A stretch of DNA of 64,000 bases from Gammaproteobacteria bacterium (GCA_965227695.1 OZ245760.1:385861-449860); one strand, 5' to 3'; positions 10,518-20,063 are shown, counted from the first letter of the stretch. A program made the numbers and translations. The notes: generated by a model not told the origin, from the sequence alone.

Positions 10518-10652
10518 ATACTATTCTATAATTAAACACCACTTGCCCGTTTGTGGTCGCACCGCGGCACCTGTTCAGGCTATTTGGACGTAAAAGCGTG
10601 ATATTTACGGCTGTAAATACTAACTGGTTCAGAAATTGCAAGAGCGTTATGT

Positions 10653-11741
10653 ATGAAGGATAGCTTTTATTCATCGATTGTCGATCATCAGACGACCGCA
10701 ATTTTGTTACTAAATCAACAGTGTGAATTGGAATATATGAACCCTGCGGCAGAAACTATATTTCGGGTCAGTAGCCAGCGAGCAAAAGGAATTGCTTTTT
10801 CATCCATGCTGGTCAATGAAGACGATAGCTTCTACCGACGTCTGCGAGATTCAATCGATGAAGGTGAATCCTGGACAGAGCATGAGTGCACTTTACGTGT
10901 GGCAGATAAAGAGATCACTGCAAATTGCACCATCAATCCGGTGACATTGGAAAATGATGAAAAGGTATTGGTTGAGATTGTCTCGCTAGACCGCCAGTTA
11001 AAAATTCTCAAAGAAAACCACTTGTTAAAAGAACACCAGGCGACGCGCAGTATGCTAAGAGGATTGGCCCACGAAATTAAGAATCCGCTGGGTGGTTTAC
11101 GCGGTGCTGCACAGTTGCTGGAATCTGAGCTCGAAGATAACGAGCTGACAGAATACACCCGTATTATCATCAAAGAAGCGGATCGATTACACAAACTGGT
11201 AGATCGTATGTTAGGCCCCAATATGGTGCCGAACAAAATGCCTCATAATATTCACGAGGTGTTACACCATGTATACAGCCTGATGTCAGCTGAAGAACAT
11301 CAGAATATAAAATTTAGTATTGACTACGACCCGAGTATCCCAACGCTCAGCTTTGATCGTGACCTGTTGGTTCAGGCAATACTTAATATTACGCGGAATG
11401 CGATTCGGGCAGTTGATGATGAAGGGGAGATCATTTTTAAAACGCGTGTGTTGAGACATTATACGATTAACGGTAAAGCACACAAACTGGTTGCCTGTCT
11501 GAGCGTCATTGATAATGGTCCGGGGATTCCTGAAGATATTGCCACCAAGATATTTTTTCCGATGGTTTCAGGCCAGACAGATGGAACAGGCTTGGGTTTG
11601 GCAATTTCGCAAATGCTGATTAATCAACACGATGGACTAATTGAATTTGAGTCAAGCAAGGGCAGAACTGAATTCAAAGTCATTTTACCAATCGATAGAC
11701 AGGAACAACCCTTAAGTATAGAGAGCCACGGTGATGAATGA
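10653..11741 (+). CDS. glnL: nitrogen regulation sensor histidine kinase NtrB
   Basis: PAS-like N-terminus, H-box LAHEIKNPLGG, and N/G boxes (NITRNA, DNGPGIP, GTGLGLAI). It overlaps ntrC by 11 nt. Confidence 0.92.
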   Translation: MKDSFYSSIVDHQTTAILLLNQQCELEYMNPAAETIFRVSSQRAKGIAFSSMLVNEDDSFYRRLRDSIDEGESWTEHECTLRVADKEITANCTINPVTLENDEKVLVEIVSLDRQLKILKENHLLKEHQATRSMLRGLAHEIKNPLGGLRGAAQLLESELEDNELTEYTRIIIKEADRLHKLVDRMLGPNMVPNKMPHNIHEVLHHVYSLMSAEEHQNIKFSIDYDPSIPTLSFDRDLLVQAILNITRNAIRAVDDEGEIIFKTRVLRHYTINGKAHKLVACLSVIDNGPGIPEDIATKIFFPMVSGQTDGTGLGLAISQMLINQHDGLIEFESSKGRTEFKVILPIDRQEQPLSIESHGDE

Positions 11742-13155
11742 TGTATGGGTAATTGATGATGATCGGTCAATACGCTGGGTACTGGAACGGGCGCTTAAAA
11801 AAGCTGATTTGGAGGTGACATTATTTGATTCAGCCAACAACGCAATGCAGGCACTGGCCACGTCCACTCCCCAGGTAATTATCACCGATGTGCGCATGCC
11901 AGGAATGGACGGATTTCAATTTTTACAGAAGGTGCAAACTCAGCATCCCGAGTTGCCCGTAATTGTTATGACAGCTCATTCTGATCTCGACAATGCTGTC
12001 AATGCATATCAGGGGGGTGCATTTGAATACCTGCCCAAGCCATTCGATGTTGATGAAGCCGTGGAGCTGACAAAACGTGCTTACCATGCCAATGATACAA
12101 CTCCTTCACACGAGGCCGGAGTGGAGGGCGTGCCTGAAATTATTGGTGAATCACAGGCAATGCAGGAAGTGTTTCGGGCTATCGGACGACTATCCCGTTC
12201 TAGTATTACAGTGCTGATTAATGGAGAAACCGGCACAGGAAAAGAGTTGGTAGCTCATGCATTGCACAGGCACTCGCTGCGGAGCGCCAAACCATTTATT
12301 GCTCTCAATATGGCCGCAATACCCAAGGATCTGCTTGAATCTGAACTATTCGGCCATGAAAAAGGTGCATTTACAGGCGCCCAAAGCTTGCGCCGGGGTC
12401 GTTTTGAACAGGCCAATATGGGTACTCTTTTTCTTGATGAGATAGGGGATATGCCGGCAGATCTTCAAACTCGGCTGTTGCGTGTGTTGGCCGATGGTGA
12501 ATTTTATCGGGTTGGTGGGCATGAACCCGTAAAAGTTGACGTACGAATTATCGCTGCCACTCACCAAAATCTGCATGAGCTGGTAGAAAAAGGGCAGTTC
12601 AGGGAAGACTTGATGCATCGCCTGAACGTTATTCGTATTGAAGTGCCTTCCCTGCGTGAACGCAGGCAGGATATACCGCTGCTGCTTAAGTATTTTTTAA
12701 ATTGTGCAGCCAAAGAACTTGAAGTTGAAACAAAACAGTTGGACTCTGAGGTGGTCAGTTATTTAAGCGGTCTTGAATGGTCAGGTAATGTCAGACAATT
12801 GGAAAACCTGTGTCGATGGTTAACTGTGATGGCCTCGGGTAAAACCATTCGAATGGAAGACTTGCCGCGCGACATTCGTGAAACAAGTGATGTGACTTTA
12901 GAGGCAGGCGTCAATTGGCAATCCATGCTGGCTCACTGGGCTGACCAGGAGCTTGAAAAAGGAGAAGCGGAAATTCTGCAAAATGCAATGCCCCAGTTTG
13001 AAAGAGTGCTCATAGAAGCGGCCATGAAAAAGACCGGTGGAAAACGCCAGCGTGCAGCAAAATTACTTGGATGGGGACGCAATACGCTCACACGCAAGAT
13101 CCAGGAATTAAATATGTATGAATACAGTGGCAAGGCTACAGCAGCGGATCAATAA
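11731..13155 (+). CDS. glnG: sigma54-dependent nitrogen response regulator NtrC
   Basis: Receiver domain (VIDDDRSIR...DVRMPGMDG), AAA+ domain (GETGTGKE, the sigma54-contact GAFTGA loop) and a C-terminal Fis-type HTH ([16 protein letters not shown]). Confidence 0.95.
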   Translation: MMNDVWVIDDDRSIRWVLERALKKADLEVTLFDSANNAMQALATSTPQVIITDVRMPGMDGFQFLQKVQTQHPELPVIVMTAHSDLDNAVNAYQGGAFEYLPKPFDVDEAVELTKRAYHANDTTPSHEAGVEGVPEIIGESQAMQEVFRAIGRLSRSSITVLINGETGTGKELVAHALHRHSLRSAKPFIALNMAAIPKDLLESELFGHEKGAFTGAQSLRRGRFEQANMGTLFLDEIGDMPADLQTRLLRVLADGEFYRVGGHEPVKVDVRIIAATHQNLHELVEKGQFREDLMHRLNVIRIEVPSLRERRQDIPLLLKYFLNCAAKELEVETKQLDSEVVSYLSGLEWSGNVRQLENLCRWLTVMASGKTIRMEDLPRDIRETSDVTLEAGVNWQSMLAHWADQELEKGEAEILQNAMPQFERVLIEAAMKKTGGKRQRAAKLLGWGRNTLTRKIQELNMYEYSGKATAADQ

Positions 13156-13329
13156 CAAACTAAATAATTTGCCCATTGCTGTGGACACAAACAAGTTCAA
13201 GTTTTCATGAGATTTTGGTTTTGGAAACAAGTGCGGCAGACATTATCAGTGATAGATTTGATTGCGCAGTACCGATGTCTATTGTCTACGATGATTATGA
13301 CATCAACGATAATAACGACCAATCGACGG

Positions 13330-14268
13330 CTAATGTAATTGTAAGCTCCCAATTAGTTGTGAAATATGAGAAAGATTATTTGATGTCAGGTAGTCATTAA
13401 TGGTTTTGTTGATTTCTTCACATACCAGTGGGTCGTAGTAAAGCCCGGTACCAATACCGACAGCACTTGCCCCTGCAATGATAAATTCCAGCGCATCTTC
13501 ACCAGAACAAATTCCACCCTGACCAATGATGGGAATATTGTATGCCTGGCAGACCTGATATACCTGGTGCACTTTCAATAGTGCAATGGGCTTGATGGCG
13601 GGCCCGGATAGACCACCCTGGTTATTACCAATCACGGGCTGGCGGGTGTTTATATCAATCGCCATCCCCATCAGGGTATTTATCACTGCAAATGCATCAG
13701 TCCCTGCATCGATACAACGCAACGCATTGTGTGCTATATCGGTCTGGTTGGGTGATAACTTGGTGATCAGAGGTTTGCTGGTAGCCGCCCGGCAAGCCGC
13801 GACAACGCGCGCGGACATGTCAGGATCATTGCCGAAAGCCACTCCACCCTGTTTGACATTCGGACAGGAGATATTAATTTCGATCGCATCGATCGGTGAA
13901 TTATCAAAGATCCTTGTTACTTGTGAATATTCCTCGAGAGTGGAGCCTGAGACATTGGCAATGTAACGCGTTTCGTTAAAGTCAAGTTTGGGTAAATAAT
14001 CTTTAACGACAGAGTGTGCTCCCGGGTTCTGTAGTCCAATGGCATTAAGCATGCCGGCAGGCGTTTCATAAATGCGGTGAGCAGGATTGCCTAATCGATT
14101 TTCGAGTGTTGTCCCTTTTAAGCAAACTGCGCCGACTTCTTGGTTAGAATAACCTGCGATACGCGTGTATTCTTGACCGAATCCTACGCACCCTGACAGA
14201 AGCACAAGTGGTGTCTGGAATTGCAGACCGCAGAAGGTACTGCTTAATTGTTGATATTTAATACGCAT
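13330..14268 (-). CDS. pyrD: class-1 (Cys-type) dihydroorotate dehydrogenase / DHOD-like flavoenzyme
   Basis: Contains GTTLENRLGNP, NAIGLQNPG, IEINISCPNVKQGG (catalytic Cys as in class-1 DHODs) and GGLSGPAIKPIAL. The tracked ORF starts at 14397. Met44 (MRIKYQQL..., 14268) fits the family N-terminus and avoids a long overlap with trmL. Confidence 0.75.
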   Translation of the reverse strand: MRIKYQQLSSTFCGLQFQTPLVLLSGCVGFGQEYTRIAGYSNQEVGAVCLKGTTLENRLGNPAHRIYETPAGMLNAIGLQNPGAHSVVKDYLPKLDFNETRYIANVSGSTLEEYSQVTRIFDNSPIDAIEINISCPNVKQGGVAFGNDPDMSARVVAACRAATSKPLITKLSPNQTDIAHNALRCIDAGTDAFAVINTLMGMAIDINTRQPVIGNNQGGLSGPAIKPIALLKVHQVYQVCQAYNIPIIGQGGICSGEDALEFIIAGASAVGIGTGLYYDPLVCEEINKTINDYLTSNNLSHISQLIGSLQLH

Positions 14269-14731
14269 GTTTAATATTGTTTTATTTGAACCAGAAATTC
14301 CCCCCAATACCGGGAATATTATGCGATTGTGTGCGAATACCGGGTGCACATTACATCTAATCCATCCACTTGGCTTTGAAATAAATGACAAGCGCATGCG
14401 CCGAGCAGGCCTTGACTATATCGACAATAATCTGCTCAAGGAATACCCGGATTATATAACCTGCATGAATCAGTTCGCGGCCCACCGGATTTTTGCCTGC
14501 TCCACCAAGGGCATCACGCATTATACAGAGATAAGATATCAGGCGGGTGACGTATTTGTTTTTGGTCCGGAAACAAGAGGTTTGCCTGCTCAAGTGCTGG
14601 CAGGTTTTGATTCCAGCCAGGTCTTGCGAATACCGATGTTAAAAAATAGCCGTAGCATGAATTTATCAAATACGGTAGCAATTTTTGTATTTGAAGCCTG
14701 GCGCCAGAATAATTTTATCGGGGGAATATAG
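14267..14731 (+). CDS. trmL: tRNA (cytidine/uridine-2'-O-)-methyltransferase, SpoU/TrmH family
   Basis: 154 aa. Contains MFNIVLFEPEIPPNTGNIMRLCANTG and the C-terminal SMNLSNTVAIFVFEAWRQ knot motif, typical of TrmL/YibK. Confidence 0.88.
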   Translation: MFNIVLFEPEIPPNTGNIMRLCANTGCTLHLIHPLGFEINDKRMRRAGLDYIDNNLLKEYPDYITCMNQFAAHRIFACSTKGITHYTEIRYQAGDVFVFGPETRGLPAQVLAGFDSSQVLRIPMLKNSRSMNLSNTVAIFVFEAWRQNNFIGGI

Positions 14732-14742
14732 TTGTGTGCCAG

Positions 14743-15750
14743 TTACTCCACTTCAAACTTTAGTGAGCGTGACAATAAATCCTCTACAGCCAGGCGAGCA
14801 GGTTTATTGTCATACAGTATTTCATACACCTGGTTGGTAATAGGCAGCTCCGTATCCATCTTGTTGGCCAATTTAAATATGACTTCGGTGGCATATTTTC
14901 CTTCTATAACTTGACCGATGCTGGCTTCTACCTGTTTGGCAGATTGGCCTGCACCTATGCCCAGGCCAAAACGTCGATTACGCGAGAGGTCTTCAGTACA
15001 TGTCAATACAATATCTCCAATGCCGGAAAGTCCCATGAATGTTTCCAGATGTGCATTGAACAGTCTGCCAAAACGCACCATTTCTGTGATGCCACGGGTA
15101 ATCAGGGCGGCACGGGCATTGGCACCAAATGCCAGGCCATCATTAATTCCGGACGCAATGGCAAGTATGTTCTTGAAGGCACCACCAATCTCCACACCTG
15201 TAACATCCGTGCTGACGTAGGCGCGAAATAAAGGATGGTGAAATAACCCGGCTGCCTGTTGGGCAAATTCTGAATCGCTGCTGGCGATTGTCACGGCGGT
15301 AGGTAGTCCCTGGCCAACTTCCTGGGCAAATGAGGGACCTGACAGAATAGCGACGGGGAGTGTTGCTGGCAATTCTTCACTGGCTACCTGATGTAAAAAT
15401 TTACCAGTATCAAGTTCCAGTCCTTTGCATGCCCAGATGGTGCCAATCAGTCTGCTGGTCGCATGTTGATGTATAGCCTGCATGATCGTTCTCATAGCCG
15501 TACTCGGGGTAGCAATGACTATATGTGTAGAGTTTTTGATTAAGGTCGCCAACTCGGGGCAAACAGTAATATTAACCGGCAGGCTAATCCCCGGCAGGTA
15601 ACGTTTATTTTCTCTGGTGTTAATTAGGTTTTGCAGAGCCTCATGTCCCCTTCCCCAAAGGCAGACCTTGCGATGCACTCTGGACAGGTGTATTGCCAGA
15701 GCCGTTCCCCATGCCCCGGCCCCGATGACTCCAATGGATGTGTTAGACAT
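14743..15750 (-). CDS. gpsA: NAD(P)H-dependent glycerol-3-phosphate dehydrogenase
   Basis: Contains VIGAGAWGTALA (Rossmann), SGPSFAQEV, KNILAIASGINDGL and SRNRRFG motifs. Confidence 0.95.
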   Translation of the reverse strand: MSNTSIGVIGAGAWGTALAIHLSRVHRKVCLWGRGHEALQNLINTRENKRYLPGISLPVNITVCPELATLIKNSTHIVIATPSTAMRTIMQAIHQHATSRLIGTIWACKGLELDTGKFLHQVASEELPATLPVAILSGPSFAQEVGQGLPTAVTIASSDSEFAQQAAGLFHHPLFRAYVSTDVTGVEIGGAFKNILAIASGINDGLAFGANARAALITRGITEMVRFGRLFNAHLETFMGLSGIGDIVLTCTEDLSRNRRFGLGIGAGQSAKQVEASIGQVIEGKYATEVIFKLANKMDTELPITNQVYEILYDNKPARLAVEDLLSRSLKFEVE

Positions 15751-15786
15751 ACGGTTGTCTTTTTACGCGAGGTTAGGTTGCACGTA

Positions 15787-16248
15787 TTAGTGTTTGGTGT
15801 CGGTGGGCGCTTCCTGCTGTTCTTTTAGCTTTGCCAGTTGCTGCTGATATAATGCATCAAAATTAACCGGCGATAACAGTAATGGAGGAAAACCTCCTTT
15901 TGTCACCAGGTCAGAGATCGCCTCACGCGCATATGGAAACAGGGTATGAGGACAATAACTGCCAATCAGGTGGTTGCGCTGCTCGTCAGGAAAATTGCTT
16001 ATCAGAAACACACCCGACTGCTTTATCTCAACCAGGAAAGCCGTGCGTTCATTTTGCGAAGATGTCACAGTGACATTGAGTGTGACCTCATATAGCTCGT
16101 CTGCTATTTTTGTATTGTTTGCAGCCAGATGAATATCTGTTTTGGGCTGCCAGTTCTCACGAAATACATCCGGGGCATTGGGTGATTCAAAAGAAGCATC
16201 TTTGATGAATATTTTTTGAATCTCGAATTTTTGGTCGTTTTCTGCCAT
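15787..16248 (-). CDS. secB: protein-export chaperone SecB
   Basis: 153 aa. Contains FEIQKIFIKDASFESPNAP...CPHTLFPYAREAISDLVTKGGFPPLLL, which is collinear with SecB. Confidence 0.95.
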   Translation of the reverse strand: MAENDQKFEIQKIFIKDASFESPNAPDVFRENWQPKTDIHLAANNTKIADELYEVTLNVTVTSSQNERTAFLVEIKQSGVFLISNFPDEQRNHLIGSYCPHTLFPYAREAISDLVTKGGFPPLLLSPVNFDALYQQQLAKLKEQQEAPTDTKH

Positions 16249-16275
16249 TAGATCGCTTTAACTTGAGTATGTGTA

Positions 16276-16539
16276 TTAATCAATGCCGAGCATGGAATTA
16301 AGCTTGCCTTCGCGGTTGAGCTCGGCAAGATCATCAAAGCCACCGACATGTGTATCATTGATAAAGATCTGGGGGATGCTGGTACGCTGGCTTAGTTTTT
16401 CCATTTCTGTACGTATCGCGGGGTCGCTATCCACGTTGACTTCTTCATAGGATACGCCTTTACTGTCCAGTAAGCGTTTAGCCGCAGTACAATAAGGGCA
16501 TAAATTTCCACTATAAACTTTAATCTTCGCTGCTGTCAT
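16276..16539 (-). CDS. grxC: glutaredoxin 3
   Basis: Contains the CPYC active site, TIPQIFI and GGFDDL. The start was chosen at MTAAKIKVYS (Met12 of the tracked ORF, 16572). This start overlaps the rhodanese stop by 4 nt. Confidence 0.9.
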   Translation of the reverse strand: MTAAKIKVYSGNLCPYCTAAKRLLDSKGVSYEEVNVDSDPAIRTEMEKLSQRTSIPQIFINDTHVGGFDDLAELNREGKLNSMLGID

Positions 16540-16970
16540 TTTTTTACCACCGGTAAGTTGGCTACTTTCCATGCTTCAATGCCACCCTTAAGTGACATGA
16601 CATTGGTAAAGTTGTTTTGCTTGAGAATTGCACATGCTTCATTTGCGCGATGTCCAGATTTACAGTAAGCGATCACAGGCTTGTCAGCATTGGAGTGCAA
16701 CTCATTCACGCGTTGCTTCAATACACTTAACGGATAATGCTTGGCATCACGTATTGACCCCTGTGCAAGCTCATTGTTTTCACGGATATCAATCAATATG
16801 GCGTCTTCCTTGTTAATTAACTGAACCGCTTCAGCCGGAGTGACGTCCTTGAATCCACGTAAGGCACGCTTTATTTCCATGCGCAGAATGAGCGCAATAA
16901 TGACTCCAAGCGCAGCAAATAAAATTATGTTGTCAGTGAAAAAACTGGTTTCAGGCGTCATATTATTCAC
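16536..16970 (-). CDS. membrane-anchored single-domain rhodanese (YibN-like sulfurtransferase)
   Basis: N-terminal TM helix, then a rhodanese fold with the active-site loop CKSGHR. The order rhodanese-grxC-secB-gpsA is the same as E. coli yibN-grxC-secB-gpsA. Confidence 0.85.
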   Translation of the reverse strand: MNNMTPETSFFTDNIILFAALGVIIALILRMEIKRALRGFKDVTPAEAVQLINKEDAILIDIRENNELAQGSIRDAKHYPLSVLKQRVNELHSNADKPVIAYCKSGHRANEACAILKQNNFTNVMSLKGGIEAWKVANLPVVKK

Positions 16971-17017
16971 AGCCCATGAAGACGGGCGGATAGGTTAAGG
17001 TTAAATTTTACTTGTGA

Positions 17018-17365
17018 CTAGTGTACTGAACAAAAAACGTGTTGCATCATTTCTATCAGCTTGAGTGTTCGATCGTCTCCGACCTTATAGTAGACACGAT
17101 TAGCGTCTTTACGCGACTTGAGTATGCCTTTGTCGCGCAGGATTGCCAGATGCTGGGAAATATTACTCTGGGAGGTACCGACATTTTCGACAATATCCTG
17201 CACACTCACTTCACGATTACCGAGGACGCAGAGAATCTTCAGGCGCAAAGGATGAGACATGGCTTTGAGTGAACGTGAAGCTCTCTCTATGTCTTCTTCT
17301 TTTGCCATCAGGTCTGATCGATTGAGTGATACAAAGCTCGTTTCAGTCATTTTGTTCACTTCCAT
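17018..17365 (-). CDS. ArsR/SmtB-family winged-helix regulator with a two-cysteine (SqrR/BigR-like) pattern
   Basis: Contains LKAMSHPLRLKILCVL (alpha2 Cys), the recognition helix QSNISQHLAILRDKG, and a C-terminal VFCSVH. An alternative start is Met6 (17350). Confidence 0.8.
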   Translation of the reverse strand: MEVNKMTETSFVSLNRSDLMAKEEDIERASRSLKAMSHPLRLKILCVLGNREVSVQDIVENVGTSQSNISQHLAILRDKGILKSRKDANRVYYKVGDDRTLKLIEMMQHVFCSVH

Positions 17366-17383
17366 TCAAATCCTAATAAATTA

Positions 17384-17396
17384 ATAATGGCATTAT
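17384..17396. promoter_or_regulatory. candidate operator palindrome upstream of the ArsR-family gene
   Basis: ATAATGgCATTAT is a perfect 6-1-6 inverted repeat. It lies 19-31 bp upstream of the regulator start, in an AT-rich divergent spacer. Confidence 0.3.
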
Positions 17397-17445
17397 CTAA
17401 TATTCTAAACCATTAATAAGCCGATAATAGTCGTGAATTAATCTG

Positions 17446-18639
17446 TTGAATAGTTTTTTTACACAAATCCGCCAAATTACTAGCACTTTTGTTGTCGTGC
17501 GGATTTTTATTATTCTCTTGGTTTTGGAATTTTCATCTATAAATCAAGTGGTTGCGGAATCAGATGTATCTGGTACCGAACAACGGCTGGATAAAATCAG
17601 CCAAATTATTGTGGAGATTGAAAAAAAACTAGAGAAACATCAACAAAATCATGACGTTGTAAATAAGGAAATGATTAACCTAGAAAAGCAAATAGGCCAT
17701 CTCCACCATGAAATAAAATCTACAAGTCAAAAAATACATGCGAGTGAGGCTGAATTTCAGCGACTTGAGCAGGAAAACGAGCGGTTGAGTCAGAAGCTGA
17801 AGCGTCATAATAAGCAGTTTCGGGAACAAATTCGGCTAGCCTACAGCTCAGGTTTCCAGAGTAAGTGGAAATTATTGCTTAGCCAACACAGCTTGCAGCA
17901 TGCCGGTCGTAACATGGCCATTTACGATTTTGTCCATAAAGCGCGTGCTGAACAGGTTCAGAGCCTGCTCCAGCTGCTCGGGACGGTCGAAAAGAACCAG
18001 GTGGCGAGGCGTAAGCAACATGATAAACTGCAAAAATTGCTCAAAAAACAGTCAGATGCTCAGAAATCACTGAAGGAAATCCGGACAGAAAAGCAAGATA
18101 TTCAAACGCGCCTGGCAAAAAAAATTGACCGGGCTACCACCGAGCTGGCGGATGAAAAAGACAAACAGCAGCAGCTTAAAAAATTATTGCAACAGCTCAA
18201 AGCCAAGCAGCCCATTGGGCTATTCGCGGAACAAAAGGGAAGTTTGTCGTGGCCAAGTACGGGCAGCCTCTCACGTCGCTTTGGTGATCCCCGACAGGAC
18301 ACTGCCGGCACTGCATGGAATGGTGTGCTGATCCGAGCCAATAAAGGAGACGATGTGAAAGCCATCTATTCCGGTACGGTCGTCTTTGCTGACTGGTTTG
18401 ATCACTATGGCTGGCTGATTATTATCGATCATGGCAACGATTATATGAGCTTATATGCTCATGCCGAGGGGCTATATAAAGATGTCAATGAAAAGGTTAA
18501 CGAGGGCGATATCATTGCGATGGTTGGTGACTCAGGGGATGTAGACCAGGCAAGCCTGTATTTTGAAATTCGTCGTCAGGGGGTACCAGTCAATCCTGCT
18601 GGCTGGTGTGTCACCCCTAAAATGGCTTATTCTCCTTAA
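17446..18639 (+). CDS. envC: murein hydrolase activator EnvC (coiled coil + LytM/M23 domain)
   Basis: A long coiled-coil N-terminal half, then a C-terminal M23-like domain (GVLIRANKGDDVKAIYSGTVVFADWFDHYGWLIIIDHGNDYMSLYAH...LYFEIR). The start is TTG in the track. Confidence 0.85.
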   Translation: MNSFFTQIRQITSTFVVVRIFIILLVLEFSSINQVVAESDVSGTEQRLDKISQIIVEIEKKLEKHQQNHDVVNKEMINLEKQIGHLHHEIKSTSQKIHASEAEFQRLEQENERLSQKLKRHNKQFREQIRLAYSSGFQSKWKLLLSQHSLQHAGRNMAIYDFVHKARAEQVQSLLQLLGTVEKNQVARRKQHDKLQKLLKKQSDAQKSLKEIRTEKQDIQTRLAKKIDRATTELADEKDKQQQLKKLLQQLKAKQPIGLFAEQKGSLSWPSTGSLSRRFGDPRQDTAGTAWNGVLIRANKGDDVKAIYSGTVVFADWFDHYGWLIIIDHGNDYMSLYAHAEGLYKDVNEKVNEGDIIAMVGDSGDVDQASLYFEIRRQGVPVNPAGWCVTPKMAYSP

Positions 18640-18731
18640 TATGGAATCAATGATAGAAAGAGAAAATAAACTGTCACGGCCTAGTGCCTGTCGCAACCGG
18701 GATGGCATAGTCCAATTCAAGGAGAAATACC

Positions 18732-20063
18732 ATGAAAAACTTCAAACCGCTTAGTCTGGGGCTGGCCATTGGCTTATTGGTTGGTTTGTTACTGGCGGGT
18801 AGTCACCAGGTGCTGGCCAAACGCGACATTGATACGTTTGCTCTCCCGCTTGACGATATTCAGTTATTCACCGATATCTATGCGCGCATCAAGAAAGACT
18901 ATGTGGAAGAAGTTGGTGATCAGGCATTACTTGAAGGCGCGATTCGTGGAATGCTTGCCAGTCTGGACCCGCACTCCAGCTATCTCAGCCAGGATGAATT
19001 CAAAGAATTACAGATAGGCACTACCGGAGAGTTTGGTGGTCTGGGAATCGAGGTAGGGATGGAGAATGGGTTTGTCAGAGTCATTTCCCCCATTGAGGAT
19101 ACCCCGGCAGATAAAGCCGGTGTCAAGGCCGGCGATGTCATCATTAAGCTGGATGATACACAGGTGAAAGGATTAACTCTTGGTGAAGCGGTCAAGCTGA
19201 TGCGGGGCAAACGCGGTACCAAGATCCTCCTGACGATCGTTCGTGACGGTGAAGCAAAGCCGTTGGAAATTTCAGTTACACGGGATGTTATACGTGTGAA
19301 AAGTGTGCGCAGTCGAATAATGGAGCCAGGTTATGGTTATATACGTATATCCAGCTTCCAGTCCAAAACAACGCGCAATGTCATCGCCGCCGTGGAGTCT
19401 CTGCTTGAGCAATCTGATCAGAAATTACAGGGTCTTATCCTGGATTTGCGAAATAATCCGGGAGGCGTGCTGACCGGTGCAGTCGGGGTGTCTGACATTT
19501 TCCTGAATGATGGCGAACTTATTGTATATACCAAGGGGCGCGTACAGGACGCGGAACTAAACTACAGTGCCAGTACCCACGATACATTAAAAGGAACGCC
19601 AGTCCTTGTACTGATCAATGAAGGCTCTGCTTCGGCATCAGAAATTGTTGCCGGCGCTTTGCAGGACCATCACCGTGCCGTAATAATGGGACAGAAATCG
19701 TTTGGTAAAGGTTCAGTACAGACAATCCTTCCCTTAAAAGAAAATGCTGCCCTGAAGTTAACGACAGCTCGATATTACACGCCTTCAGGCAAATCAATTC
19801 AAAGCGAGGGGATTGTGCCGGATATCCTGGTGAAAGAAATCCATGCAGATGAAGACGGGGAGGATACGCGCTTTGAGTTTGTTCGCGAGGCTGATCTGGT
19901 TGGCCATCTTGAAAATAAACAGCAAAATGGTGAACACCCTGAAAAAATAAAACAGCCCAAACAAATCACCATCGCTGTGGGTGAAGAAGAAGATGCAGTA
20001 CTAAATGAAGCACTCAATATCCTCAAGGGTCTGGTCAAAGAAAAACAAAGCACCAATGCCTAA
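18732..20063 (+). CDS. ctpA: carboxy-terminal processing protease (S41 family)
   Basis: PDZ region (GGLGIEV...PADKAGVKAGDVIIKLD), S41 catalytic blocks (LDLRNNPGG, GSASASEIVAGALQD, SFGKGSVQ) and a signal peptide. Confidence 0.92.
   Translation: MKNFKPLSLGLAIGLLVGLLLAGSHQVLAKRDIDTFALPLDDIQLFTDIYARIKKDYVEEVGDQALLEGAIRGMLASLDPHSSYLSQDEFKELQIGTTGEFGGLGIEVGMENGFVRVISPIEDTPADKAGVKAGDVIIKLDDTQVKGLTLGEAVKLMRGKRGTKILLTIVRDGEAKPLEISVTRDVIRVKSVRSRIMEPGYGYIRISSFQSKTTRNVIAAVESLLEQSDQKLQGLILDLRNNPGGVLTGAVGVSDIFLNDGELIVYTKGRVQDAELNYSASTHDTLKGTPVLVLINEGSASASEIVAGALQDHHRAVIMGQKSFGKGSVQTILPLKENAALKLTTARYYTPSGKSIQSEGIVPDILVKEIHADEDGEDTRFEFVREADLVGHLENKQQNGEHPEKIKQPKQITIAVGEEEDAVLNEALNILKGLVKEKQSTNA

Noticed and set aside
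10342-10701. 119-aa minus-strand ORF spanning the DUF4124 3' end and the ntrB upstream region
   Set aside because: It overlaps two better-supported plus-strand genes and the NtrC operator. It has no Shine-Dalgarno and no recognisable domain.
13176-13400. 74-aa plus-strand ORF in the ntrC-pyrD spacer
   Set aside because: Its 3' third overlaps the convergent pyrD coding end. It has no Shine-Dalgarno and an Asp/Asn/Ile-rich sequence that looks non-protein-like.
19339-19350. The 12-bp palindrome ATATACGTATAT, present in ctpA (19339-19350) and again in pstC (58106-58117)
   Set aside because: Both copies are inside coding regions. Over a hundred repeated 12-mers are expected by chance in 64 kb, so nothing points to a shared element.
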